Below, one piece after another: positions 38,501 through 53,021 of a stretch of 64,000 nt of DNA. Every line of letters starts with the position of its first letter. The stretch's first letter is position 1. The notes beneath the pieces are model-generated. The model ran no database searches. It was not told the origin of the DNA and saw nothing but the letters and a program-made list of their open reading frames with translations. The stretch lies in NCBI RefSeq assembly GCF_964213995.1, contig NC_135823.1:434001-498000 (forward strand). The letters are read 5' to 3'. Position numbers and translations under genes: made by a program. Source of the DNA: Mustelus asterias (taxonomy: Eukaryota).

Positions 38501-40384
38501 CTGTACCTTAACGACGTTACATTTTACTTTTAAGGTTAATCTCCAGCCAGTGCATCCTTCAAGTGGATTTCAAGATGGAGGAGTATTGATACATGAGCTG
38601 ATTCGGACAGTATGAGGTAAATAGCAGGACGTTTCCTTGTCCATGGATGTGCTGTTGGCAAGTAACGTCTTGTGCTCTGGAGAAGATTTTGGGAACTCAG
38701 TGTATAACTCTGAGATTCTACCTCCGTTCCGACTGCATGCTACTGTAGCGCCACCACAGAGATGGTGATGGTGGTGTCTAGGACCTCCTCTGCCGGATGT
38801 GATTCCCTGAGTATGACGATTACAACCTTTTCCTTTTCGATTCGGAAAGTAGGAGCCGGCGGTGGAAGGGGGAGGGGGCGGGAGAGAGGGAGGTGGGTAG
38901 GGAATGCATTTCCTCTAAATTTGGAAGAGGCCCCCCAGACGTTATTAAGGACTACTTTGATGGGTCAACAGATTTGAGTTCGCATTTTATTTCTGCTGTT
39001 GTTTTTGGTGTCTCTATCAATGTTGGGCGAATCTCCCTGATCTATTCCTATTGTACTGTTTTTATACAATGGGGTGACATAAAAGCTATCTCAGAGGTCT
39101 GGAATCATAAGTAGGCAAGGTCAGACTGGGCGCAGAGCGACCATTTCATTCACTAAATGAGAAAAAAATGTATGCAATGTTTCTTTATGACGATCGATCA
39201 CGGTTTCGGGGTCTCTATAACTGGGGCGTGTTTTTCGATTGTTATTTCTGTTATTTCCGTTATTAACAGAATTTTAATTCCACATTTTCCGAATTCTAAT
39301 TCCACATTTTCCGAATTCTATTCCATATCCCAAACGGATTTGCCTGGACATGTCGACTGATATTACCACCGTTGCACTGCGCCCCTGTTTCACAAGTCAA
39401 GTGGTCTACCTCTCTTACATGACATTTTGATTTAAAAATTAATGGCATGGTTTTTCATTTGAAGTATTTCATGGCCAATATTCATCCCAGATTGCCTATG
39501 ATCCACATGCCAGTTTCATGTTCTATGCATTACGAATGAACTGATATGATACTGATTTGACACCTATATATATGATTTCATCTATTTCCCAGGTTCAGTG
39601 GTGGTGCACAACCATACACTTAAAGCATTTTTCTGCATTGGACAAAGGTCGACAGGAAGACAAGAAGGAGGCTAGAAATCAAGTGGATTATCTCAGATTT
39701 CCAAACGGGTCCACTCAGTCAGAGACAGGAACTAAACTGTCAATCTAAATATCGAAGACTCTCAACAAACAACTAAACTATGTTAAGATAATGGGTTTCC
39801 ATTTGTAATATCGAAAATAACAATTTTAGAAAGAAATGATTGATTTCAAAGTGTTTGGAACTTTCCACAGACGAGTGAGTTTGAGAATCCCTGGGACGTT
39901 ACTTCCCACATAAACACTGGATGGCTTGCGGTAATATTACTGGATTTATTTTATAGATTAAGTGGCTATAGGGACTGTACCCTAAAGGTATGTTTACTTG
40001 TGAGTCGAACCAGGCAAGAATCTTTGCTGGAAAATGTTCTGTGAGATTCATGTTAATGGTGTGATGTAATGTTCTGTGTCTATTTTTTGTGTAATTTTTA
40101 ATAAATGCATAACTTTAATATTTAAAAGCATCAACGGTGTTGTGGCATTTCTGGCACCTGATCTCGTACACACACCTTCTTGCAGAAAGGAGGAAGTAAA
40201 AGATGGGTGGAATTATGTGATTTTTCATTGTCATATGCATTGGGATACAGTGAAAAGTATTGTTTCTTGCGCGCCATACCGACAAAACATACAGTTCATA
40301 GAGTTCATAGAGAGAAGGAAAAGAGAGTAGAATAGAATAGAATCGAATACAGGGCAGGTGTGACCTGTACACAAAAAAACGGGT

Positions 40385-42932
40385 GGCACTTGAATACCAG
40401 GGGGTTGGCTGAGGCTACTGGGGAGAGTTTAAACTAGATAGGTTGGGGAGAGGGGATCGAGACGAGGTGACTGAGGGCGAGGAATATTAGATTGCAATCA
40501 GAGAAGGGTTATAGACAGTGCAAGAGGGGGGATGGAGGGGGGATAGAGAAGGGGAGAGCTCAGACCAAAGGATTGAGATGTGTTTACTTTAATGCCAGGA
40601 GTATAGTGAATAAAGTGGATGAGCTCAGAGCGTGGATCGATGCCTGGAAGTGTGATGTGGTGGCCATTACGGAGACTTGGATGTCTCAGGGACAGGACTG
40701 GATACTCCGGGTGCCAGGATTAAGATGTTTCAGGAAGGGCAGGGAGGGAGGCAAGAGAGGGGGTGGAGTGGCACTGCTGATCAGGGATAGTATCACAGCT
40801 GTAGAGAAGTGTATGCTGTGGAGGGATTGTCGACAGAGTCTCTGTGGGTGGAAGTTCGGAGTGGGAAGGGGTCGATCACTTTGCTGGGAGTTTTCTATTG
40901 GCCGTCCAATAGTAAAAGGGAGGTGGAGGAGCAGATAGGGAAACAGATCCTGGAGAGTTGAAATAATAGCAGGGTTGTTGTGATGGTAGACTTTAATTTC
41001 CCAAACATAGATTGGAATATCCCGAGGGTAAGGGGATTGGATGGGGAGGAGTTCGTTAGTTGTGTTCAGGAGGGTTTCCTGACACAGCATGTGGACAAGC
41101 CTACAAGAGGAGAGGCTGTACTTGTTCTGATACTGACCAATGAATCTGGACAGGTGTCAGATCTCTCAGTAGGAGAGCATCTTGGGGATAGCGATCATTA
41201 CTCATTTCCCTTTATGCTTGCATTGGAAAAAGAGAGGATTAGGCAGGCTAGGAAAGCGTTTATATGGAGTAAGGGGAAATACGAAGACATAAGGCAGCAA
41301 ATTAGAGGAGTAAATTGGAAGGAGGTATTCTCGGGGAAATCTACTGAAGATAGGTGGCAATTTTTCAAGGAATGTCTGTCTAGAGTTCTACAGGACAACG
41401 TTCCGAGAAGACAGGGAGGAGTTGGTAGGTTAAAGGAACCGTGGTGCACGAAAGTTATGCGGGACCTAGTCGAGAAGAAAAGGAAAACATACAAAAGGTT
41501 CAGAGAGCTTGGCGAAGATAGGGATCTAGATGAAGATACGGCTTGTAGAAAGGGACTAAAGAAGGAAATTAGGAGTTCCAGAAGGGGTCACGAGAAGGCC
41601 TTGGCAGGTGGATTAAGGAAAACCCTAAGGCGTTCTCTAAATATGTGAAGAGTAAAAGGATGAGATGTGAAGGAAAAGAGCCTATGAAAGGTGAAGGCGG
41701 GAAAATCTGTACGGAACCAGTAGAAATGGCAGAGGTGCTTAATGAGTATTTTGCCTCGGTTTTCACAGAGGAGAAGAATTTGGGTGAATGTACTGCGGGC
41801 TTGCGGTGGACTGAAAAGATTGATTATGTGGACTTTAACAATGTGTTTGTGCTGGAATCTTTGAATGGCATCAAGATAGATAAGTCGCCGTGTCTGGATG
41901 GGATGTACCCCAGGTTACTGTGGGAGGCAAGGGAAGAGATTGCAGAGCCTCTGGCGATGATCTTTGCATCGTCGATGGAGACGGGAGAGGTGCTGGAGGA
42001 TTGGAGGATTGCGGATGTGGTTCCTATTTTCAAGAAGGGGAATAGGGATAGCCCAGGAAATTACCGACCGTTGAGTCGAACCTCAGTGGCTGGTAAGCTG
42101 ATGGAGAAGATCCTGAGGGACAAGATTTATGAGCATTTAGACAGCTTTAGAATGCTCAAGAATACTCAGCATGGCTTTGTAAAAGGCAGATCGTGCCTTA
42201 CAAGCCTGGTGGAGTTCTTCGAAAATGTGACTAAACACATTGACGAAGGGAAAGCCGTAGATGTGGTTTATATGGATTTTAGCATGGCGCTTGCTAAGGT
42301 CCCCATGCAAGGCTTCCAGAAAAAGTGAGAGGTCATGGGATCCAAGGGGCTGCTGCCCTGTGGATCCAGAACTGGCTTGCCCAAAGGAGGCAGAGAGTGG
42401 GTATAGATGTTTCTTTTTCTAAATAGAGGTCGGTCACCAGTGGTGTGCCCCAGGGATCTGTTCTGGGACCCTTGCTGTTTGTCATTTTCATAAATGACTT
42501 GGATGAGGAAGTAGAGGGATGGGTTGGTAAGTTTGCCGACGACACGAAGATTGGTGGGGTTGTGGATAGTCTGGAGGGATGTCAGAAGTTACAGAGGGAC
42601 ATAGATAGGATGCAAGACTGGGCGGAGAAGTGGCAGATGGACTTCAACCCAGATAAATGCGTAGTGGTCCATTTTGGCGGGTCAAATGGGATGAAGGAGT
42701 ACAACATAAAGGGAAAGACTCTTAGTACTGTAGAGGATCAGACGGACCTTGGGGCCCGGGATCATAGGACTCTAAAATCGGCCCCGCAGGTGGAGGAGGT
42801 GGTTAAGAAGTGTATGGTGTGCTGGCCTTTATCAATTGAGGGATTGTGCTTAGGAGTCCGGGGATAATGATGCAACTACATAAGACCTTCGTCAGACCCC
42901 ACTTGGAGTACTGTGCTCAGTTCTGGTCGCCT
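40385..42932 (+). mobile_element. CR1 ORF2 with APE endonuclease and RT, frameshifted and 3'-truncated
   Basis: YFNARSIVNK...VAITETW, GGGVALL, DFNFPNIDW, SDH, then RT motifs. Confidence 0.92.
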
Positions 42933-42934
42933 TA

Positions 42935-43950
42935 TAAAATTTGTAAAATGCATACAGGAGGGTTCTTTGGAACAATATGTAGATATCCCGACTTGAGAGG
43001 GGGCTATACTGGACCTAGTACTGGGGAATGAGCCCGGACAGGTCTTCAAAGTTTCGGTAGGAGAACATATGGCAAATAGTGACCACAATTCTGTTAGCTT
43101 TAGGATAGTGATGGAAAAGGATGAGTGGTGTCCCAAGGGTAAGGTGTTGGATTGGGGGAAGGCTAACTTTAGTGGGATTAGGCAGAAATTGGCAGCTCTT
43201 GATTGGGAGAGGCTGTTTGAGGGTAAATCCCCATCTGGCATGGGGAGTCTTTGAAGGAACAGTTGTTAAGGCTGCAGGACAGGCATGTGCCTGTAAAAAA
43301 GAAGGATAGGAAGGGTAGGATTCGAGAACCGTGGATAACCAGGGAAATTGAGGGACTGGTCAAAAAGGAAAGAGAGGCGTATGTTAGGTCCAGGCAGCTA
43401 AAAACGGAGGGAGCTCTGGAGGAGGACAAAGAAAGTAGGAAAGAACTCAAACGGGGAATTAGAAGGGCAAAAAGGGGTCACGAAATGTCCTTGGCAGACA
43501 GGATTAAGGAGAATCCCAAGGCATTTTATTCATATGTTAGGAACAAAAGGGTTGTCAGGGAAAAAAATCAGACCTCTCAGGGACAAAAGTGGGGAATTAT
43601 GCTTGGAGCCCAAAGAAGTAGGGGAGATCCTATATGAATACTTTGCGTCGGTATTCACAAAGGAGAGGGATGTGTTGACTGGGAGTGTCTCGGAGGGGAG
43701 TGTTGAACCGTTGGAGAAAATCTCCATTACAAGGGAGGAAGTGTTAGGTTTGTTAGAGAATATAAAGACTGACAAATCCCCAGGGCCTGATGGAATCTAT
43801 CCAAGGCTGCTCAGGGAGACGAGAGATGAAATCGCTGGGCCTCTGACGCAAATCTTTGTCTCGTCACTGGACGCAGGTGAGGTCCCAGAGGATTGAAGGA
43901 TAGCTAATGTGGTCCCGTTATTTAAGAAGGGGAGGAAGGATAACCCGGGA
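42935..43950 (+). mobile_element. Second CR1 ORF2 fragment (end of endonuclease to start of RT)
   Basis: NSDHNSVSF, KSPGPDGIYPRLL. Confidence 0.88.
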
Positions 43951-43954
43951 ATTT

Positions 43955-46240
43955 TTCTCAATTCCAGAGAGTATATGGCTAAACAGTTCAATCTCTCTTC
44001 ATCCAGCAAACCCCTCATCAGTGGAATCAATCTCGTGAACCTCCTCTGAACTGCCTCCAATGTCACAACAACATTCCTCAAATAAAGGGACGAAAACTGT
44101 TCACACTACTCCAGGTGCGGCTCCTTGTATACTCCTTGTATATTGGCATCAATACTTCCTTACGTTTCTATTCTATTCGTTTAGCTGCAAACGCCAACAT
44201 TCCATTTGCTTTCTTTATTATCTGCTGGAACTGCATGCCAGTTTTCTGTGACTCACGAAAGAGGACACCCAGATCGCTCTGCACCAGAGCACCCCGAAAT
44301 GTCTCCCCATTTAGACAATACATCGCTTTCCCTTTTTGTCTGAACAAAATGAATGACCTCACACTTTTCCACGTTAAACTCCATCTGCCAACTTTTGGCC
44401 TACTCTCCTGACCTATATACATCCATTTATAGATTTCTTATATCCTCATTCCAGCTTACTGTCCCGCCTATTTCTGTAACATCTGCAAATTTGGCTATAG
44501 AGCCTTCTATACCTGCATCGAAGTCGGAAATAGGGATTGTAAATAGCTGGGGCCCAAGGACCAAACCCTGTGGCAAGCCATTAGTTACGTTTTACCATCC
44601 AGAAAAAAAAATATCCCGACTCTATGTCTTCTGTCCATCATCCACTGACCTACCAAACTAATAAAGTACCTCAAATCCCATGTGATCTAACTTTGTGAAT
44701 GCACATTTTGTGCAGCACCTTATCAAATGCCTTGTGGAAGTCAAGATATACTACATATTTCGGATCCACATTGTGCAATTTGCTCGTCACATCTTCGAAG
44801 AACTCTAGCAAATTAGTCAATCGTGATTTGCCCTTCATAAAACCATGCTGAGTCTGATGGATAGTCTTTTGACTTTCCAAATGTCCTGATAGTGCTTGCT
44901 TGATAACTGATTCTAACACTTTCCCAACAACAGGAGTTAAATTGACTGGTTTGTAATTTCCCACATTTTGCCTCCCTCCCTTTTTGAATAAGGGCGCTAC
45001 ATTAGCAATTTTCAAATCCACTGGAACTTTCCTGTGTCCAGCGAATTTGGAATATTATAATCAATGGGTCCACGATCTCCGCAGCCACCCCTTTAATACC
45101 CTAGGATGTAGTGTATCAGGGCCAGGGGACGTGTCTGCCCTGAATCCCTTCAGGTTTCTGAGAATCTTTTACCAATCGATGTTGATTATTCTAAGTTCTA
45201 CCCTTTCGATTGCCTCTGACTTGTCCATTCCTGGAGGAGTGGTGCTCGTGTCCTCTACCGTGAACACTGAGGCAAAGCTTTGATTTAGCATCTCTGCCAA
45301 TTCAGTTTTTCCCACTATTAACTCTCCGGTTTCATCTTCCAAGAGACCAACATTCACCCTCGTGACTCTCTTCCCTTTTAGATATTTATGGAAGCTTTTG
45401 TTACCCTTTTTAAATCTGTTACATTCGTTTTCCTTCGGAATTTACCCCAGCTCTTTTTATTACTTTTTTTTAGTGTCCCTTTATCTATGTTTGAATGTTT
45501 CCCAATCTTCCAGCCTGTTGCTGGCTTTTGAAATATGATGCAACTTCGTTTTTGTCTTTATATTGTCCTTGACCTCCTTGCTTCACCATGCATTATTTCC
45601 CCCTTACCATCTTTCATTCTCACTGGGATATATTTTATTTGTGAGGAATTGAGTATCTTCTTAAACAACTGCCACTGCTCATCCGCTGACCTCCCTTTCA
45701 ATCTTCCTGCCCACTCTACTCAGGCCAAATCTGTCCTCATGCCTATGTAATTTTATTTGTTTAATTCCAGAACGCTAGTCTTGGACTCCACTATTTCACC
45801 CCAAACTGAATTTTGAATTCTATCATGCTGTGGTCAGTACTCCCTAGAGGATCCTTAACTATGAGGTCATCAATTAATCCCTCTTCATTGCACAATACCC
45901 AATCCAGAGTATCCTGCCCCCTGATTGGCTCCACAACATAAAATTCCAAGAAACAATATCGAATATATTCAATGAACTCTGCCTCCAGGCTACCCTTGCC
46001 AATTTGATTCTTCCAATCGATGTGCATCTTAAAATCACCCATGCTTATTGCCGTATCTTTCTTGCAAGCCCCCAGTATTTCCTGGTTTATATTGTGCCCC
46101 ATGCGGAACTACTGCTTCGGGATCTATAGATTTCTCCTACCAAGTACACGTTCCCTTTGCTATTTCTTATGTATACGCAGACTGAATCCACATCTTGATC
46201 TCCCGTGCCTATGTCGTTTCTCATTACAGTACTGATCTCT
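43955..46240 (-). mobile_element. Older CR1 ORF2 in the opposite orientation
   Basis: GDFKMHIDW, STDHSMIEF, NYKPVNLTPVVGK, DFHKAFDKV. Confidence 0.88.
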
Positions 46241-48149
46241 ATAATCAAATGTTGTGATTGCTTCCTGAGACAAAGTTTGGTTGAGAGTCTGGAACTTACT
46301 GCCTGAATAATCGGTGGAGGAAGAGTACCCCACAATGTTTAAGAAGTATTTAGATGTTCACTTGCGATGTCACGGCATACAATAAAATGGGCCAAGTGCT
46401 GCAAATGGTAATAGAATAGTTCGGTGGTTTGTCCTTGTCCAGTGCAGACACGATGGGCTGAAGTGCATTTCCTGTGATATTTACCTTTATGACTCTATGC
46501 GAATGTGTTCTTTAAGATGGATGCCTGCTGAGAAATATATGCCCCTTTTCCAAACCCCTTAAATCCCAAATGAAAAGAAGACCCTTTAACCTGAGCCATG
46601 TATCGGGTGTAAAAGTCCTCCTTCTCTCACTGAAGCTCTCAATCTTATCTTCCAGTAACCGTTCCTGCTCGGGAGGGCCTTCAGGCTGTAGTGTGTGGTC
46701 TGACTCTTACAGAGCTCACAATGGAGACTGATGTACAATACGGGGTAGTTAGAATTAGAAACTCCATCATTAATAGATATCTGCTCCTCTTATTTTCATC
46801 ACGAAACAGCCAATTGGATTATTTTAACTCAAACACCATTTCAGTATAAACTCTACTTTTTCCCCCGCTTTCACTCAAGAGATGGATGGCGTGGGATTCT
46901 TGTGCTATTTTATTTTGCCATGAATTTCGATCTCCACTGGCATGATGAATACGCATCGCTCGGCCCTAATTGCCTCTCGAGATGGTTGTGGTGAGCTGCC
47001 TGCTTGAGCCGCTGATTTCCCTGCTGTGTATGTACAGCCACTGTGCTGTTAGGGAGGTGTACAAAACTGTCTCCCAGCGACAGTGAAGGAAGGGTGATAT
47101 ATTTCCAAATAAGAATGGTGTGAGACTTGGAGGGAAATCTCCAAGTGCAGGTGTTCCCTCGCGCCTGCTGTCCTTGTCCTCCTTGTTAATCGAAGGACAA
47201 GGGTAACAGAGGTGTGAAAATTGTTCTCACTGGGGAAAATTGCGGCAGTGCATCTTGTAGGTGGTACACAGGGCTGCCACTGTGCATTGGTGGAAGACGG
47301 AGTGAATGTTTATTGTATGCGTAGCAATACAGCAGGGCTACCTTGCCCACCTGACCAATCCTTTACGTTGTCCATGTCTGGTTGCATGCTGGTACGGAAG
47401 GTCTCAGTAGTGGAGGAGTTTGGAACGGATCATAGTTCATCGATATTTAGCCTGCAGGTGACAATTCGAAGTGGGAACAATCTCCGATTGATCTGGAATC
47501 AAAAGTTAAAAGTACAGACACAGGGATGGTTGCTTTCGATTCCGGGTTATGAGTGAAAAGCTCAGAATGGAATCCTGCCAAGGTCAGTTCCATCAAGTGG
47601 GCCATGTATTGGAGAAGGGCGGTATTGTCAACTCTGCTGCTGGCTACATGTGGAGAATGATGTGGACGGAGAGTTTATCACAGTCGCTATCACAAATGAC
47701 AAGTGTGGCTTTGAAATGAACCGTGGCCTGTGAAGGCAACTGATTGGAGGGAGGCAGAAATGGAATTGTGGTAAAGCTGAGCGCTGAAATGAAATCTTGC
47801 AGGATATTGGAGGTCCTTGATGAGGAAAGGAATGTGGGAGATGGGATGTTAGTTTGGAAGGACAGAGCTGTTAAGGGACTAATTCTAGAGTGAGGCGAGA
47901 ACAGCGTATTTGCAGTGAGGGGCAGTTGCCAAGGAGAAGGACATGTTCACAATATCGGCTAACGGGAGATCCAGGAGGGAAAGGTGCGTGCTCAGCAGAT
48001 TAGTGCAACAACATCGAGGGAGCGGGGTTCTCGTGCTCAATGACAAGATTAGCTCCGGCAGAGCAAATACGATGATGGGAAATAATCTGGAGGAAGATGT
48101 GCATTCAGGGTGAGAAAAGCAGAGTGAACTGAAAGGCTGATCTGAAAGG

Positions 48150-49560
48150 ATGATGGGAGTTCCTCTCGAGGTTCCGGTTCAGCCAGGCGGCCCACTTCTT
48201 GAGCCTCCACCTCCGAGTCTGTACCGTCACTATCCGAAGGGACCAACGCAGATTCAGAATCGAGTTGGGCGCTGGCATTGGCAGGAGCTATCTCCACGGC
48301 CGTTGCTAAAGCATGCTGCGGCAGGGACTTCCTGGTTCTCAGATGGTCGGAGTTCTTCTTTAGGGATTGACCTTTGACCTTGTAAGACACTCGTTCTAAT
48401 TTCTGAATAACGATGCCAGGGACCCACCTGGGAACATCCCCAAGTTCCTCAGATGAACCCGATCACCCGTGGCTAAAGTTCGCGCTATCTTTGCAGACTA
48501 ATTGTTTCTTTTTTCCTGTGTTTCTGTTGGACTCCACCCTCCCCCAAAGTTTGGCAATTGCTGGCTCAATCTTGTATGAAACTATCTTTCCACTAACAGA
48601 TCCGTTGGAGCAACACTTGTTGTTTCCGCTGTGCTCCCGTAGTCGACTGGAAAAAGTGTCAGTTCAGTCTCCAAAGCATGCTACCAGTTGCTTTGTCATA
48701 CCATCACTGAAGGCTTGAAACGCACGTTCCGCCAGCCCTTTGGTCGAAAAGTGATCAGGTGCTGTTAAGACGTGTTGGTAATCTTTGGAGAGAATGTATT
48801 TCTAGAAAACAGCGCTCATTAAGTCCTTGTCATTATGGAAAACCACGATCCCCGATATTCCATATACACGGGCACTTTGGCTTAATTTCTAGATCATAGC
48901 CTGAGAAGTAGTGTGACCTATTCGGTGCAACTCCAACCCCCTTAAGTATGAGTGCACCATGATTAACGACTAGGAACACATGGCCTGCCAGGGCACTCCC
49001 AGATGTGTAGGAAGGCGAAGGGAGGGAGTTTTTGATTTTCTTGGCATCGATCACATTGGTTCAATAGCTGTGATCACAAAATTAGTAAGGTACGCCAGAT
49101 GGAACACCAAGCCAATATGTTATTTCTACTGCTCTCAGGGGGCCCTTATTTAATTGCGTTAATTTGGAGGCCGCCCTCGGGGCAGAAAAAATAATCGGAC
49201 ACCGATTAGTGACCCTATCCTCAGCACGAATGAGGCACGGTTTCCTTTCTTCAGAGGGTGGTCCTTGAATCCGCCGTGCAGGTTCATGTGACTAATTTTA
49301 GATAAGATAGAATCATTTGTGACTAGCCTTTAATTTGCACTCCTGGCACTGGCAAGGTCTCCAAAATGTTTAGAGCCATCATATCTCCTTCTAATGCTGG
49401 TAAGTGAACCAGGCTTGTAACAACGAGGTAACTCAATGCACGGGGCTGGTGGTGGGTGGAGAAGGAGAGTGGAATTGCCTTATCCACTTGAATAGGCCGA
49501 ACAGGTATATACGTTTGGTAACTGTATAAAATAAATAATCGTGGACCTGTTGATGGAAAT
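48150..49560 (-). mobile_element. Decayed Ty3/Gypsy LTR-retrotransposon pol (RNase H end to integrase)
   Basis: Manual translation across frameshifts gives FHQQVHDYLFYTVTKRIYLFGLFK/KAIP, TNDSILSKISHMNLHG, CDRCQENQKLPPFAFLHIWECPGRP (Zn finger) and HVLTAPDHFSTKGLAERAFQAFSDGMTKQ (integrase core). Confidence 0.8.
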
Positions 49561-49583
49561 TCTGGACACCAAATGCAACCGTC

Positions 49584-49631
49584 AGCTCTGACGAAGGGTT
49601 ATCCAGACTCGTCAGCTCAGAAACGTTGGCT
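49584..49631 (+). ncRNA. Hammerhead motif of a second Penelope-type family, disrupted by a 9-nt insertion
   Basis: agct-CTGACGA-agggt...actc-[gtcagctca]-GAAA-cg-TT-ggct, followed by the same tail as 28380-28435. Confidence 0.55.
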
Positions 49632-49944
49632 CTATTCTCTCTCCACTGATGCTGTCAGACCTGCTGAGATTTTGAGAATTTCCTGTTTTTATTTCAGATT
49701 CCAGCATCCGCAATAATTTGCTTTCACCCAATTTATTAGAACTGGCTTTACAATCTCTTCGGCTCACGAAATCTGCAGGGTTAGCTTATTTTCCCATCAT
49801 CTTTTGAGAATTCATCCTGTTGGCGATTTACAGCTGAAATTGCAACAGCAGCCATTTTCTTATTTGTTAATAGAATTGTTAATTTTCTCAGTTATCCTGA
49901 GATTCAGCCATGGGGTTCATGGCCACAAAGCCCTGTCAAATACC

Positions 49945-51705
49945 AGTGCAGATGTCACCATTGTAGATGTCAGAGCAGCCTTCTTGAAGGTCAACCTACG
50001 GAAAGCGATGGGCCCGGATGGGTTACCCTATGAGTACTAAATCCTGCACGGATCCGCTGGTGGGGATATTCGCAGACATCTTCAACCTCTCTTTACAACA
50101 ACCTGAGGCCCCTATCTGCTTCAAGATGACGACCATCATCCCACTACCAGATCAAATCCAGTCAGCGTGACTTAATGACGATTGTGCGGTGGCTCTGACA
50201 TCCATCGTTATGAAGTTCTTTGAAAGGCTCGTCATGACAATAATCAATTCCAGCCTCCCAGACTGCCGGGATCCACTCGAGTTTGCCTGCCGCCGTAACA
50301 GGTCCGCAGCAGACGCCATCTCCCTGGCCCTGTGCTCAACCCTGGAACACCTAGACAACAAAGGCACCTATGCTGGACTCCTTTTTATTGACTACCGCCG
50401 TCAACACCATTACTTCTACGAAACACATCTCCAAACTCAGTGGCCTGGGCCTTGGCACCTCCCTCTGCGACTGGATCCTGAACTTCCTAACTCACAGACC
50501 ACAATCAGTAAGAATAGGCAACAACACTTCCTCGGAACATCCTCAACACAAGTGCCCCACAAGACTGTATTCTCAGACCTCGACTTTACTCCTTATACAA
50601 CATGATTGTGGCCAACTTCCCCTCCGGCACCATTTTCAAGTTTACTGCTGAAACCACGGTCGTGAGTCAGATCTCACACAATGACGAGACAGAGTGCAGG
50701 AATGATATAGAGGCTGTGGTGAACTGGTGCGGCAATAATAATCTCTCCCTCAATGTCAACAAAACGAAGGAGATTGTCATCGACTTCAGGAAGCGTAGCG
50801 GAGAACATGCCCCTGTCTAAATCAGCGGGGACGAAGTTGAAATAGTCAAAAGCTTCAAGGTTTTATGTGTCCAGAACACCAACAACCTGTCCTGGTCCCC
50901 ACTTGCTGGCAGAATAGTTGAGGAAACCAATCAACGTCTCTTCTTTCTCAGATGAGCAAGGACATTTGGCATTCTCACCAAATTACGATTCTCACCAAAT
51001 TTTTCAGATACTCCACAGAAAGCATTTTCTCTGGTTGTATCAGAGCGTGGTATGGCTCCTGCTCTGCCCAAGACCGCGGGAAACTATAAAAGGTCGTGAG
51101 TGTAACCCAATCCATCACGCAATCCAGCCTCCCATCCATTGATTCTGTCTACGATTCCCACAGTCTCGGCAAAGCAGCCAGCAAACTTGCGCTCAACCCT
51201 GGAACACCTCGACAAGAAAGGCACCGATGCTGGACTCCTTTTTATTGACTACCGCCGTCAACACCACTATTTCTACGAAACACATCTCCAAACCCAGTGG
51301 CTTGGGCCTCGGCACCTCCCTCTGCGACTGGATCCTGAACTTCCAAACCCACAGACCACAATCAGTAAAGATAAACAACAACACTTCCTCGGAACATCCT
51401 CAACACAAGTGCCCCACAAGACTGTATTCTCAGACCCCTTCTTCCTTCGGGGAAAAAACTACAAATTCTGCGGTCACGTACCAAGCGACTCAAGAACTGC
51501 TTCTTCCCTGCTCCCATCAGACTTTGAATGGACCTATCTTGCATTAAGTTGATCTTTCTCTACACCCTAGCTACGACTGTAACCTTACACTCTAAACCCG
51601 CTCCTTTCCTTTTGTTTGTACGGTGTGCTTTGTCTGTATCGCGCAAAAGAAACAATACCTTTCACTGTATGCTAATACATGTGACAACAATAAATCAAAT
51701 CAACA
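49945..51705 (+). mobile_element. Rex1/Babar LINE RT region with an internal duplication
   Basis: ALTSIVMKFFERLV, NVNKTKEIVIDFRK; 50334-50579 is repeated at 51191-51437. Confidence 0.85.
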
Positions 51706-51926
51706 CATAGACGCACACACAGCCAGGATCTCTCTGCCTCTCTCACACAGACACAGCCATAATCTTTTTCCTCTCTCCCTCATGCACACACGTGCACACA
51801 CACACAAACACACGCACCTTTACCAATCCACCCTCTGCTGGATCATGTCAGAAACACACGCCCACACAGACACACAGACAGGCAGAATTTCTCTCTCTCT
51901 CACACACACAGATGCAATCTTTCTCG

Positions 51927-51958
<32 letters not shown>

Positions 51959-52154
51959 GACACATCTACAGATACACATACGCACACATCTTCACCAATC
52001 TACCCTCTGCGGGATAATGTCAGAATAACACACCCACGAACACACACATACATACACACACACACACAGATAGCCAGGTTTGTAATACAAGGTTTAAGAA
52101 TGAAATGGGCGTATAAATAATGTCGTCGTGATATTTTCAAAATGAAGCGAAGAG

Positions 52155-53020
52155 CATTGTCGGGCAATACAGCAGTTATATAGATAGGCTGGAAAATTGG
52201 GCGGAGAAGTGGCAGATGGAGTTTAATCCGGATAAATGAGAAGTGATGCATTTTGGAAGAAATAATGTAGGGAGGAGTTATACAATAAATGGCAGAGTCA
52301 TCAGGAGTATAGAAACACAAAGGGACCTAGGTGTGCAAGTCCACAAATCCTTGAAGGTGGCAACACAGGTGGAGAAGGTGGTGAAGAAGGCATATGGTAT
52401 GCTTGCCTTTATAGGGGTATAGAGTATGAGGGCTGGAGTCTGATGATGCAGCTGTATAGAACGCTGGTTAGGCCACATTTGGAGTACTGCGTCCAGTTCT
52501 GGTCGCCGCACTACCAGAAGGACGTGGAGGCGTTAGAGAGAGTGCAGAGAAGGTTTACCAGGATGTTGCCTGTTATGGAGGGTCTTAGCTATGAGGAGAG
52601 ATTGGGTAAACTGGGGTTGTTCTCCTTGGAAAGACGGAGAATGAGGGGAGATCTAATAGAGGTGTACAAGATTATGAAGGGTATAGATAGGGTGAACATT
52701 GGGAAGCTTTTTCCCAGGTCGGAGGTGACGATCACGAGGGGTCATGGGCTCAAGGTGAGAGGGGCGAAGTATAACTCAGATATCAGAGGTACGTGTTTTA
52801 CAGAGAGGGTGGTGGGGGCCTGGAATGCGCTGCCAAGTAGGGTAGTGGAGGCAGGCACGCTGACATCATTTAAGACTTACCTGGATAGGCACATGAGCAG
52901 CCTGGGAATGGAGGGATACAAACGATTGGTCTAGTTGGACCAAGGAGCGGCACAGGCTTGGACGGCCGAAGGGCCTGTTTCCTGTGATGTACTGTTCTTT
53001 GCCCTTTGTTCTTTGTTCTT
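52155..53020 (+). mobile_element. CR1 3' portion (young family)
   Basis: Intact C-terminal ORF 52443-52934; (ttctttg)n tail. Confidence 0.92.
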
Positions 53021-53021
53021 T

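Noticed and set aside
39593-39748. Exon-like segment with VDYLRF
   Set aside because: It has a good acceptor, but the motif is not an ITIM and no partner exons were found.
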